Below are positions 27,167 to 37,114 of a stretch of 64,000 nucleotides of DNA, in pieces. Position numbers and translations under genes: made by a program. The DNA lies in assembly GCA_045545475.1 (NCBI GenBank), contig JAZQAZ010000020.1, positions 32,001 through 96,000 on the forward strand. The letters are read 5' to 3'. The DNA is from Clostridia bacterium. GTDB taxonomy: Bacteria; Bacillota; Clostridia; CAKSNL01; HGM11501. Under the pieces are notes generated by a model. It saw only the letters and a list, made by a program, of their open reading frames with translations, was not told where the DNA came from and made no database searches. Every line of letters begins with the position of its first letter. Positions within the stretch are counted from its first letter, which is position 1.

Positions 27167-27844
27167 ATGAAAAAACTTTTCTGTATAATTGCCGCAATAG
27201 TCCTGGTGTTTGGAATAACTGTGTCTGCAGAGGAAAGTAAAGTTACTGTTATTGGTATGAGTGCAACTGTGGGAAAGCTGGTTGATTTGAGAATTTCTCT
27301 TGCGGGAAACACAGGTCTTGATTCTCTTACGTTAGACTTGGAATATGACTCTTCCGCACTTCTTATGTATGAGATATGTGACACGGGCCTTTTGAAAGGA
27401 GCACATCACGGATATAATGAAGAAGCAGAAGGATTCAGACTTTGCTGGACTGAAGGCGGAAGTGCCGACGGAACAATTGCAATTATTACCTTTATGGTAA
27501 CCGGCAATGCTGAAATAGGAAGCTATGCTGTTACAGCACTTAGTGAAGATGTATCGGTTATCGGAGGATTCGTAAAGGTATGCGAAGATACTCCGGGAGA
27601 TGTTACAGGTGACGGTGTGCTGGATACAGAAGATGCCGAGGCTATATCGGAATATGCGGCAGGATGGAGTGAAACGGAAGTTACATTCGATTCGGGAGAT
27701 ATTAACGGAGACGGTAAAGTAAATCTGCTTGACGCCATTATCGTTGCGAGAAATGCAGCAGGTAAAGTTGGTTATATCATAGATGAAGAATGGGAAAAAG
27801 CAGAAGATACAAATCTTACCGAGCACGATTATGATGAAGAATAA
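27167..27844 (+). CDS. Secreted cohesin plus dockerin protein with acidic tail
   Basis: Signal peptide; GKLVDLRISLAGNTGL...LEYDSSAL...DGTIAIITFMV...GSYAVT; GDVTGDGVLDTEDA / GDINGDGKVNLLDA. Confidence 0.82.
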   Translation: MKKLFCIIAAIVLVFGITVSAEESKVTVIGMSATVGKLVDLRISLAGNTGLDSLTLDLEYDSSALLMYEICDTGLLKGAHHGYNEEAEGFRLCWTEGGSADGTIAIITFMVTGNAEIGSYAVTALSEDVSVIGGFVKVCEDTPGDVTGDGVLDTEDAEAISEYAAGWSETEVTFDSGDINGDGKVNLLDAIIVARNAAGKVGYIIDEEWEKAEDTNLTEHDYDEE

Positions 27845-27880
27845 AAAGACATCTGTCATTTTTGACAGATGTCTTTTTTT
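27843..27880. terminator. Bidirectional terminator overlapping the prmC stop
   Basis: AAAAAGACATCTGTCA-TTTT-TGACAGATGTCTTTTT. Confidence 0.85.
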
Positions 27881-28692
27881 ATTCCGGTCACAACTCGGTC
27901 GTTTCCGGAAAAATCTTTAAGCACTCGGATGTCGGTGAATAGCGGGGATAAAATGTCTGAAACATCTTTAGCCTGATCAAATCCGATTTCATAGATTAAA
28001 ATTCCGCCGGGATTCAGCGAAGTGAAAGCTTTTTTGGTTATTGTGCGGTAGAAAATAAGGCCGTCATCTCCGCCATCAAGAGCCGTTAAGGGTTCGAAAT
28101 CCTTTACGTTTATGCCGAGGGTGGGAATTACATCGCTCCTTATATATGGCGGATTTGATATAATTGTATCGTATTTTTCTTTAAGGTTTTCATTTAATAT
28201 ATCAACATGGAAAAAGTTTACGAAAGCATTATTTGCCACGGCGTTTTTTTCGGCGATGACAAGTGCTTTTTCGCTTATATCGCAAGCGGAAACGGAAACA
28301 TCTTTTCCGTATTTTGCAATGCTTACGGCGATGGCACCGCTGCCTGTTCCGATGTCAAGGACACTTCCATGGCAGTTATCAATAGCGTATTCCACCAAAA
28401 TTTCTGTGTCGGGACGGGGGATAAGAACGTTTTCGTCCACATAAAAAGGTAACCCCATAAATTCTTTTTCGTTTGTGATGTAGGCAATGGGTTCTTCGGC
28501 TTTTCTGCGTTCAAGATAAGTTTTATACAATTCAAGGGATTCTGTGCTTATTTCTTCATCTCTGTTTCTTAAAAGAAAAAGCCTGTCGCAGTTACAGGCT
28601 TTTTCAAGAAGAATTTTTGAATCAAGTGAGGGTGTTTCGCTTACCTCGGATAATTGCGAGGTCCCCATTATCAAAGCTTCTTTAATTACCAT
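27856..28692 (-). CDS. prmC: Release factor glutamine methyltransferase
   Basis: EPIAYI, VLIPRPDTE, LDIGTGSGAIA, SNPPY, ALDGGDDGL. Confidence 0.96.
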   Translation of the reverse strand: MVIKEALIMGTSQLSEVSETPSLDSKILLEKACNCDRLFLLRNRDEEISTESLELYKTYLERRKAEEPIAYITNEKEFMGLPFYVDENVLIPRPDTEILVEYAIDNCHGSVLDIGTGSGAIAVSIAKYGKDVSVSACDISEKALVIAEKNAVANNAFVNFFHVDILNENLKEKYDTIISNPPYIRSDVIPTLGINVKDFEPLTALDGGDDGLIFYRTITKKAFTSLNPGGILIYEIGFDQAKDVSDILSPLFTDIRVLKDFSGNDRVVTGIKKDICQK

Positions 28693-29630
28693 TTGTCGCT
28701 TTCTCCTTCTTCGGGAAGTACGGCTGTCATGGCTTTTATTGCCACCTCAATCATTTTATCATCGGGTTCTTTGGTGGTTATTTTCTGAAGCCAAAGCCCC
28801 GGCTTGCTTAAAACTTTCACAATCGGGTTTTCGCTTCTGCCTGCCCATTTGATTATTTCAAAGGAGACGCCGGCGATAAGTGGGAGACATAAAAGCTTTA
28901 TAAGAATACGCTGCCAGACAACGTCAACTTTTACAAACATAAAAACAAGAATGCTGATAATAAGAACGAATACCAAAAAGCTTGTTCCGCATCTGGGATG
29001 AAGGCGGCACTGTTCTCTGCAGTTTTCCACAGTTAACGGCAGGCCTTTTTCGTAACAGGCAATGGTTTTGTGCTCAGCACCGTGATACATGAATACACGC
29101 TTTACATCTTTCTGGAGAGTGCATAAGAGAATGTAGCCGACAAAAATTATAATACGAGATACGCTTTCTGTTATACTTCTTATTGATGCCAATGTGTTTT
29201 CGTCAAGATTTTTGAAAAGAAAGGCGATGCCTTCTCCTATGAGAATGGGGAGAAGAAAGAAAAGTCCCACACTCATGAGTATTGCAAGTACGACCGAAAA
29301 GTATATTACAAAATCTTTTAACTTGTCACCGAATTTGGCTGCGAGCCATTTTTCGAATTTGGACTCTTCTGCACTATCTTCTTCAATATCCACAAATTCA
29401 GCACTCCACATGAGGGCCTTCATACTGGTAACCATGGATTCCACAAAGGAAACCATTCCGCGAATAATAGGGATTTTTTTAAAAATGCTTTTGTTTATAG
29501 TGATGTCCGAAACCTTGAGTTCAATTTCTCCGTCACTTTTTCTTACGGCCATACCCATTTTAGAGGGGCCACGCATCATTATTCCTTCCATAAGGGCACT
29601 TCCGCCGATTGAAGTTTTTTTCTGTTCCAT
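28686..29630 (-). CDS. DUF1385 (YqhQ-like) membrane protein
   Basis: IGG.A..EGIMMRG, RVFMYHGAEHK, HPRCGTSF, LQKITTKEPD. Confidence 0.92.
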   Translation of the reverse strand: MEQKKTSIGGSALMEGIMMRGPSKMGMAVRKSDGEIELKVSDITINKSIFKKIPIIRGMVSFVESMVTSMKALMWSAEFVDIEEDSAEESKFEKWLAAKFGDKLKDFVIYFSVVLAILMSVGLFFLLPILIGEGIAFLFKNLDENTLASIRSITESVSRIIIFVGYILLCTLQKDVKRVFMYHGAEHKTIACYEKGLPLTVENCREQCRLHPRCGTSFLVFVLIISILVFMFVKVDVVWQRILIKLLCLPLIAGVSFEIIKWAGRSENPIVKVLSKPGLWLQKITTKEPDDKMIEVAIKAMTAVLPEEGESDKW

Positions 29631-29829
29631 AATATTTTCCTTTCATAGTGCTTAATAAGCTTGTTTATTATATCAAATTGCAGAAACATTTTCAAGGGGA
29701 AAATAATAAATCATAAAAAGTTTACATTTGATGATTTTGCAATTGGCTTTTTTGTGGATTTTGTGCAAAGAGATTATAGGTTATTTAGAATAAACAACCA
29801 AAAAAAATTAAAATTTGCTAAAATTTGTG

Positions 29830-29858
29830 TTGATTTTTTGTGCAATATAGTGTATAAT
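29830..29858 (+). promoter_or_regulatory. Sigma-A promoter of the carbohydrate ABC-like operon
   Basis: TTGATT-17 bp-TATAAT. Confidence 0.7.
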
Positions 29859-29970
29859 ATGATATACGCCTTTTTACGCTTGTAAAATACTCACAAAATT
29901 ACCATTTTTTGGTAATCAGGAGCGTTTCAAGCGGGCTGCGCGATACTATAAACGTACAGGAGGTTTTAAA

Positions 29971-32900
29971 ATGACGGCAAGAAAAGTTATGGCACTTATA
30001 CTTGCAACGCTTGTTGCGGCAACGGGATTTACCGCAATGGGAGTGCAGGATGTTAAGGCCAGCGCAAGCACTACATTTGAGGCACTTGATTTTGACTACG
30101 ACAGAAACAATGTGTATGCTAATTTCATAGAAAAGCATGCAGACGTAGCAAAACCTGAGGAGGAAATTCTGATATCAGCATCTTCCTTTGTGAGTGCAAA
30201 AAGCTCTGAGGGGATTTTCGCAAGGGAATCCGTTGACGGAGTAGATGATGTTGTTGAATTTTCAGAAGATGTACAGTGGGTTGAATATGAGGTTACGGTG
30301 CCTGTTGCCGGACTTTATAATATCGCCTATATGGTACGCAGCCATGAAAGCATTAAAAATGATATCGAATTCGGTGTTTCGGTTAACGGCGAATATCAAT
30401 ATAACGAAGCAATGACAATTCAGGCATTCCGTGGATTTAAAAATGATGAAACAGGTTTCGAAATTGTCATTGATGAGGAAGGCAATCAGTCTGCTGTGTT
30501 TGCTCAGGATAGAGGCAATGACCTTCGTCCTAAGCAGATTAAAGACATAAAGTGGAGAAATGAGTGGATTGTAGACTCTGCAGGTCTTATTGACGATCCT
30601 TTATATTTCCTTTTGAATGAAGGCGTAAACACAATCCGTTTTGAAACGGTTGGCGAACCTTTCTATATGTCTGGAATTAAACTTACACAGTTTATTCAGC
30701 CTAAAAGCTATAAAGAGGTTTCCGCTGAATATGAGGCAAACGGATATAAGCCGGTAGAATGTCAGATAAAGATTCAGGCAGAAACTGCAAATGAATTTTC
30801 TCATTCTTCTCTTTATCCTCTTTCCGAGAGAAATAATCCTCAGATGGAACCCAGCCATACCAGCAAAACAAGAATCAATGCTGCCGGAGGTTCGAACTGG
30901 GGATCAGCAAGAAGCTGGCTTAAGTGGACATTCAACGCTCCTGAATCAGGACTTTATCAGCTTGCTATAAAGTTTGAACAGAGCGACTATGTTGGTATGT
31001 TTGCCACAAGAAGTCTTAAGATTGACGGCGAATATCCCTTCGCTGAAATGAAATACTTGAGATTCGGTTATGATTCTTCCTGGCAGTTCTTAAGACCTCA
31101 GGATGAAAACGGAGAACCCTACTACATATATCTTGAAAAAGGTGAACATGAACTCCAGCTTACAGTAAGTCTTGGTGAGATGGCTTCCATTGTTGACAGA
31201 CTTACAACAGCTGTATACAGACTTAATAAGGTATATTCTGATATAGTAATGCTGGCATCCACCACTCCTGACCAGTACAGAGACTATTATTATGACAGAA
31301 ATATTCCTACATTGATGAGCGACCTTACCTGGGCAAGAGAAGAACTTTATGATATAAAGGAAGAAATTCTTGCTGTAACAGGAACAGGCTCCAGCCAGAC
31401 CGCAACACTTGAAACTTTCGTTCTTCAGCTTGATGTGCTGATTGAAGATCCCGACGAATTCAATAAGTTGCTTGAATCCTTCAAGAATAATATAGCTTCC
31501 ATCAGCCAGTGGATTATTGATAATAAGAAGCAGCCCATAAAGATTGACTACTTTGTTTTAGGCGGAGCTGAACTTGAACTTGACAGAGCATCTGCAGGTT
31601 TCTTCAAGGGATTCTGGGCAGGCACAAAGTCTTTCTTTGCATCCTTCTTTGAAGACTATGATATTATCGGTGCTGTTTCCGGCGAAGGCAGAAAGGTTAA
31701 GGTATGGGTAAATACCGGTCGTGACCAGATTAATATTATCAACAATATGGTTAACGACGAATTTACTCCCAAGACAGGCATAAACGTGCAGCTTGAGCTT
31801 GTACAGGGTAATATGATTGAGGCAACTCTTGCTAAAAAGGGTCCTGACGTTGCACTTATGATTGCAGCTGACCAGCCTGTTAACTACGCTATCCGTAATG
31901 CTCTTGTAGACCTTTCGGATTTTGAGGGAGAAACAATTGAGTGGATTGATGAAAACGGAAAAACTCAGACCTATGAGGTAAGAGGATTCACTGATGTATT
32001 CGGAAGATATCAGCATCAGAATTTCGAAGCCTTTGCATTCCAGATGAATGAACATAAGGATGAGGAAGCAGAACTTCAGGGAGAGACATGGACTTGCGAA
32101 AACTGCGGAACAGTTAATAATACAGGCATCTGCTCAACATGTAACTATAAGAAGTATTATGCATATTATGCGATCCCCGAAACACAGACCTTCAATATGA
32201 TGTTCTACAGAAAGGACATTCTTGCACAGCTTGGTTTGGGTGTTCCCGAGACATGGGATGATTTCTTTGCGCTTCTTCCCGTTATAAGAAGAAACAATCT
32301 GGAGGTTGGTGTTCCTGCCGCCACAATGTATCAGATTCTTCTTTATCAGTACGGCGGAAGCTACTACACAGCAGATAAGCATGCATCAGGTCTTACAACA
32401 CCCGAGGCACAGAAGGCATTTATCACAGTTGCGGACTGTTTCACAAAGTATGACTTCCCGCTTACCTTTAACTTCTATACAAGATTCAGAAGCGGTGAAA
32501 TGCCCATATCTATTCAGCCCTACGCACAGTTCAATATGATAAATGCGGCAGCCCCCGAAATTCAGGGACTCTGGGATATGACAAAGGTTCCCGGAACTTT
32601 GAAGGAGGACGGAACAATCGATAACGGGCAGAACGTATCTTCTGCTGGATGCATAATGTTCCAGAACACAAAGGATAAGGATGCTGCTTGGGCATTTATG
32701 GAATGGTACAACAGAAACGAAATGCAGACACGTTACGGCGAAGAGCTTGAATCCGTTATGGGTTCTGCAGGCCGTTACGCAGCAGCAAACATTGAAGCAT
32801 TCAGAAGTCTTGCTTGGACAAGACAGCAGACTAAGCTTTTGAGCGAGCAGATGGAAGCACTTACGGGTGTGCCTGAGGTTCCCGGAAGCTATTTCACCGG

Positions 32901-33030
32901 AAGAACAGTAACTCTTGCATTCAACGATGCTTACATCGAAATGGAGAATCCTTATAAGGCTCTTTCTGAGAGAGCAGAGGATCTCGATGAAGAAATTGCA
33001 AGAAAATACGAAGAATTCGGATTATATTGA
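29971..33030 (+). CDS. Very large extracellular solute-binding protein (two N-terminal CBM-like beta-sandwich regions plus C-terminal sugar-SBP domain)
   Basis: Signal peptide; VEYEVTVPVAGLYNI, LKWTFNAPESGLYQL; VWVNTGRDQ, FTPKTGINV, GPDVAL, AIPETQTFNMMFYRKDIL, PETWDD, PEVPGSY. Confidence 0.9.
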   Translation: MTARKVMALILATLVAATGFTAMGVQDVKASASTTFEALDFDYDRNNVYANFIEKHADVAKPEEEILISASSFVSAKSSEGIFARESVDGVDDVVEFSEDVQWVEYEVTVPVAGLYNIAYMVRSHESIKNDIEFGVSVNGEYQYNEAMTIQAFRGFKNDETGFEIVIDEEGNQSAVFAQDRGNDLRPKQIKDIKWRNEWIVDSAGLIDDPLYFLLNEGVNTIRFETVGEPFYMSGIKLTQFIQPKSYKEVSAEYEANGYKPVECQIKIQAETANEFSHSSLYPLSERNNPQMEPSHTSKTRINAAGGSNWGSARSWLKWTFNAPESGLYQLAIKFEQSDYVGMFATRSLKIDGEYPFAEMKYLRFGYDSSWQFLRPQDENGEPYYIYLEKGEHELQLTVSLGEMASIVDRLTTAVYRLNKVYSDIVMLASTTPDQYRDYYYDRNIPTLMSDLTWAREELYDIKEEILAVTGTGSSQTATLETFVLQLDVLIEDPDEFNKLLESFKNNIASISQWIIDNKKQPIKIDYFVLGGAELELDRASAGFFKGFWAGTKSFFASFFEDYDIIGAVSGEGRKVKVWVNTGRDQINIINNMVNDEFTPKTGINVQLELVQGNMIEATLAKKGPDVALMIAADQPVNYAIRNALVDLSDFEGETIEWIDENGKTQTYEVRGFTDVFGRYQHQNFEAFAFQMNEHKDEEAELQGETWTCENCGTVNNTGICSTCNYKKYYAYYAIPETQTFNMMFYRKDILAQLGLGVPETWDDFFALLPVIRRNNLEVGVPAATMYQILLYQYGGSYYTADKHASGLTTPEAQKAFITVADCFTKYDFPLTFNFYTRFRSGEMPISIQPYAQFNMINAAAPEIQGLWDMTKVPGTLKEDGTIDNGQNVSSAGCIMFQNTKDKDAAWAFMEWYNRNEMQTRYGEELESVMGSAGRYAAANIEAFRSLAWTRQQTKLLSEQMEALTGVPEVPGSYFTGRTVTLAFNDAYIEMENPYKALSERAEDLDEEIARKYEEFGLY

Positions 33031-33046
33031 TAAGGAGGGATGAGTT

Positions 33047-33985
33047 GTGATTTTTAAGAAGAAAAAGAAAGACGATAGACTTCCGAACGAAAATGTAAGA
33101 AATACCTGGCTCGAGATAAAGACAAATAAGTCCAACTATCTTCTGGTTGCACCGTATATGCTCATCTTCCTGACATTTACGGTTATCCCGGTACTTTCAT
33201 CAATGGTACTGAGCTTCACATACTTTAACCTTTTGGAATTCCCCGAGTGGAGAGGTTGGCTCAACTATCAGAGACTTTTCTTAGAGGACGACATATTTAT
33301 GATAGGTCTTAAAAACACCTTGATGTTTGCGTTTATTTTAGGACCCACAAGCTATGTGTTGTGCTTCCTCTTTGCGTGGTTGGTAAACGAATTGCCCCCA
33401 AAAATAAGAGCGTTTATGACACTTTTATTCTACGCTCCTTCCATATGTTCATCGGTTTACACCATCTGGCTTTACATCTTCAGTGGTGACTCCACAGGTC
33501 TTGTGAACTCCTACATGCTTAAGTGGGGATGGATAAATACTCCCATTCAGTTCTTCACAAATACAAGCTATAACGTGGGAATCATCATTGTTATCCAGCT
33601 TTGGCTCAGCCTTGGTACTTCGTTCCTTTCCTTTATCGCAGGCTTCCAGTCCCTTGATAAGAGTTATTTTGAAGCGGGTGCCATCGACGGTATCAAAAAC
33701 CGTTTCCAGGAGCTTATTTACATAACAATCCCGGAAATGAGACCTCAGATGATGTTCGGTGCCGTAATGCAGATTGCATCATCTTTTGGTGTAGGTGCTA
33801 TCTGTAGAACGCTTGGCGGTTTCCCCAGTACGGACTATTCACTTCGTACAATAGAAACTCATATTTATGACTACGGTACAACACGTTATGAAATGGGTTA
33901 TGCTTCGGCTATTGCATTCTTACTCTGTTTAATGATGATTGTGACAAGAAACCTGATGGCTAAGCTCATCAGAGTAGACGATTAA
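33047..33985 (+). CDS. Carbohydrate ABC permease (UgpA/MalF-like)
   Basis: EAGAIDG EAA-loop, YEMGYASAIA, six TM segments. Confidence 0.93.
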   Translation: MIFKKKKKDDRLPNENVRNTWLEIKTNKSNYLLVAPYMLIFLTFTVIPVLSSMVLSFTYFNLLEFPEWRGWLNYQRLFLEDDIFMIGLKNTLMFAFILGPTSYVLCFLFAWLVNELPPKIRAFMTLLFYAPSICSSVYTIWLYIFSGDSTGLVNSYMLKWGWINTPIQFFTNTSYNVGIIIVIQLWLSLGTSFLSFIAGFQSLDKSYFEAGAIDGIKNRFQELIYITIPEMRPQMMFGAVMQIASSFGVGAICRTLGGFPSTDYSLRTIETHIYDYGTTRYEMGYASAIAFLLCLMMIVTRNLMAKLIRVDD

Positions 33986-34001
33986 GAAAGGAGGAACAAA
34001 A

Positions 34002-34970
34002 ATGTCAACAGATACAATGATGTCTTCAGGAAATACTGAAGTTAATGTTAATGAACTCCCCGAGCATTTAAGAGAACACGTTCCTCCGAAAAGAATGAGG
34101 GCTAAGAAGAAAAGAATCAACCGTTCACTCGGCGGTGACTTCTTCGTAATATTCTTCCTTATATTGATGGCACTCTTCATGGGCGTACCGCTTTACTATT
34201 CAATAATAAACGCGTTCAAGCCCTTGAATGAGCTCTTCATTTTCCCACCCAGATTTTATGTTGTACAGCCTACACTTGCTAACTTCAAGCAGGTATTCGA
34301 TCTGGCATCTGACCTTTGGGTTCCCTTCTCAAGATACGTATTTAACAGCTTGTTTGTCAGCGTAACGGTTACCGTTGGTCACGTTGTACTTGCATCCATG
34401 GCGGCATATCCCCTTGAGAAAGCAAAGTTCCCCGGTTCAAAGGGAATGTTCCAGCTTGTACAGATTACACTTCTTTTCACAGGCGGTACAATGGCGGTTC
34501 CTCAGTACGTAGTAATGGCTCTTCTCGGCCTTGTAAATACTTACTGGGCACTCATCCTTCCTGCTGTAGGCGGAAGCTTAGGTCTTTTCCTTATGAAGCA
34601 GTTTATGAGAGGTATTCCTGATTCAATGCTTGAAGCTGCTAAAATTGACGGAGCAAACGAGCTTACCATTTTCTGGAGACTTGTAATGCCTAATGTAAAG
34701 CCTGCATGGCTTACACTTTCAATCTTCTCCTTCCAGGGTATATGGAATGCGACAGGTAATAACTTTATTTATTCGGAAGAACTTAAAATGCTTCCCACGG
34801 CACTTAACCAGATTTATGCCGCTGACGCTGCAACAGGTGTTGGTAACGTTGCCCGACAGGGTGCGGCAGCTGCCGTTGCACTTATTCTTATGATACCGCC
34901 GATTATATTCTTTGTAATCACACAGAGTAATGTCATTGAAACAATGGCGTTCTCCGGTATGAAAGACTGA
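34002..34970 (+). CDS. Carbohydrate ABC permease (UgpE/MalG-like)
   Basis: AFKPLNELFIFPP, IPDSMLEAAKIDGA, P.VKPAWLT. Confidence 0.93.
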   Translation: MSTDTMMSSGNTEVNVNELPEHLREHVPPKRMRAKKKRINRSLGGDFFVIFFLILMALFMGVPLYYSIINAFKPLNELFIFPPRFYVVQPTLANFKQVFDLASDLWVPFSRYVFNSLFVSVTVTVGHVVLASMAAYPLEKAKFPGSKGMFQLVQITLLFTGGTMAVPQYVVMALLGLVNTYWALILPAVGGSLGLFLMKQFMRGIPDSMLEAAKIDGANELTIFWRLVMPNVKPAWLTLSIFSFQGIWNATGNNFIYSEELKMLPTALNQIYAADAATGVGNVARQGAAAAVALILMIPPIIFFVITQSNVIETMAFSGMKD

Positions 34971-34985
34971 TAGGAGGGAAGATAA

Positions 34986-37097
34986 ATGGCTGTTAATAAA
35001 AAACTCAATAAGGCAGCAAAAATTCTTTCCTGCCTTATGCTTACAATTGCAATCTTAGCATCTTCCTTGTTGGTTTATGCAGAAGATCCTTATCACGGAT
35101 ATAACTACAACTATTACGGTGAAGCATCAGCTCCTAACGGATACCTTCCCACAGAAGCTTACAACGGCTTTGAATGGAACACAGGATATCTTAAAAATCC
35201 CTCCGATATGTATGTGGATGTAAATAACTTCCTTTATATATTGGATACCGGTAACGGTCGTATCATAGTCCTTGACCCTGAGCTTAATTTAAGCAAGATA
35301 ATTGACTCTTTCACAGATGAAGACGGTAACCCCACAACCCTTAAAAATCCCCAGGGTATATGCGTAACTCCCGACGGTGAAATTTATATCTGCGACACAG
35401 AAAATGCAAGGGTTATCGTAATAGATCAGAACGGTAAAATAGAAAGAAGCTACGGAAAGCCCGTATCAGACCTTGTATCCACCGATCTCATCTTCCGTCC
35501 TAAGAAAATCGAAGTAACCGCAACAGGCGATATGTATGTTCTTGCGGACAATATCGTTGACGGTGCAATGATTATTGCAGAAAACGGAGAGTTTGGCGGA
35601 TTCTTCGCAACCGACGCCGTAACAGTAACAGCAGACATCATTCAGCTTATCTTCTACAGAAGCTTCATGAGTGAAGAACAGATAAAGAAAATGATGTCCA
35701 TTCAGCCCGTTCCCTTCGACAATATGTATCTTGACGGTGACTTCTTATATACTGCAACTCTTTTCTTAAGAAACGAGGATCAGATAAGAAAGGTTAACCC
35801 TGCCGGAAACAATCTCTTTGCCGGAAACGAATATGGTGAAGCTTATGTGGGCGGCGGTGGCTCAGGATATGAACAGGCGTCATTTATCGACGTTAATGTC
35901 AGCGAAAAAGGCTTTGTTTACGCTCTTGACAGAAACTTCTGTAAGGTGTTCGTATACAATCAGGATAACGAACTTCTTATGATATTCGGCGGAAATGAGC
36001 AGACATTGGGTCAGTATTCTAATCCTACAGCTATTGAAACAATAGGGGATACTGTTTTAATTCTTGACGGAAGCAAAAACAATCTTACAGTACTTGAACC
36101 CACATATTACGGATCTCAGATAATGCTCGGTTCATATATGTATGAACATGGCGAATATGAAAAAGCTTTGGAACCCTGGTACGAAGTGCTTAAGCTTAAT
36201 ACAAACTCAGAGCTTGCGTACAGAGGTATCGCAAGAGCTGAATACCTAAAAGGTGAATACCTTGCTGCAATGGAGCATTATCATGCTGCATATGACAGAG
36301 AGGGATACTCCGAAGCCCGTGAAAAGTACAGAGGTCAGTACATAATGGATAACTTTGCTATGATAATGGGTATTATTATAGCTTTGGTTGTAATATTGGT
36401 TATCTACAGTAAAAACAAGAAGAAGATTTTTGCGAAAATCGGATATAAAACTCTTGAAGAAACCGGCTATGCAGGAATGGCTAAGTGGAAATATCCCTTC
36501 TACAACATGCTTCATCCCAGCGTAGGTATGAGCGAAATGCGTTACAACAAGAAAGAATCGCTTCCTCTTGCACTGTTCTTCGCATTCATGTGGTATGCTT
36601 CAGCGGTAATCATGCGTCAGTATGAAGACTATATCTTTAACGATACCAATATCAACAACTTGAACATCTTTATGATTTTTGCAACTACAATCGGCATTCT
36701 TCTTGTAGGTTGTATTGCAAACTGGGCAATTACAACTCTTGTTGATGGTAAGGGTACATTCAAGAATATATTCATTTACGCATCTTATGCACTTATTCCG
36801 ACCACAATAGCGGCATTCATCGTGACAATCATCAGCCAGGTAATGGTTGAAAATGAAGCGGTGTTTGTAACAGCTATACTTTTCGTAGGCTATGCATGGA
36901 CTGCAATACTTCTTTTCATGGGTATGATGACGGTTCACACATTCACAACAAAGAAGGCAATTCTCATGACTCTGTTAACAGCGGTGGGTATGCTTATCAT
37001 AGTATTCCTTATGATGCTTCTGGTGGTTTTATACAGCCAGGTATCTACCTTTATTACAACAATCATGTATGAATTGTTCTATAAGCTTGCTATATAA
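34986..37097 (+). CDS. NHL beta-propeller / TPR / YIP1-domain fusion membrane protein
   Basis: Signal peptide; NHL repeats (LKNPSDM..LYILDTGNGRI, LKNPQGI..IYICDTENARV); TPR-like helices; C-terminal five-TM YIP1-like region (DGKGTFKNIF..SYALIP). Confidence 0.82.
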   Translation: MAVNKKLNKAAKILSCLMLTIAILASSLLVYAEDPYHGYNYNYYGEASAPNGYLPTEAYNGFEWNTGYLKNPSDMYVDVNNFLYILDTGNGRIIVLDPELNLSKIIDSFTDEDGNPTTLKNPQGICVTPDGEIYICDTENARVIVIDQNGKIERSYGKPVSDLVSTDLIFRPKKIEVTATGDMYVLADNIVDGAMIIAENGEFGGFFATDAVTVTADIIQLIFYRSFMSEEQIKKMMSIQPVPFDNMYLDGDFLYTATLFLRNEDQIRKVNPAGNNLFAGNEYGEAYVGGGGSGYEQASFIDVNVSEKGFVYALDRNFCKVFVYNQDNELLMIFGGNEQTLGQYSNPTAIETIGDTVLILDGSKNNLTVLEPTYYGSQIMLGSYMYEHGEYEKALEPWYEVLKLNTNSELAYRGIARAEYLKGEYLAAMEHYHAAYDREGYSEAREKYRGQYIMDNFAMIMGIIIALVVILVIYSKNKKKIFAKIGYKTLEETGYAGMAKWKYPFYNMLHPSVGMSEMRYNKKESLPLALFFAFMWYASAVIMRQYEDYIFNDTNINNLNIFMIFATTIGILLVGCIANWAITTLVDGKGTFKNIFIYASYALIPTTIAAFIVTIISQVMVENEAVFVTAILFVGYAWTAILLFMGMMTVHTFTTKKAILMTLLTAVGMLIIVFLMMLLVVLYSQVSTFITTIMYELFYKLAI

Positions 37098-37114
37098 GAA
37101 AGGAGAGATAAATT

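Noticed and set aside
26233-27384. 383-aa minus-strand ORF
   Set aside because: Antisense shadow of two well-supported plus-strand genes, with no recognisable motifs.
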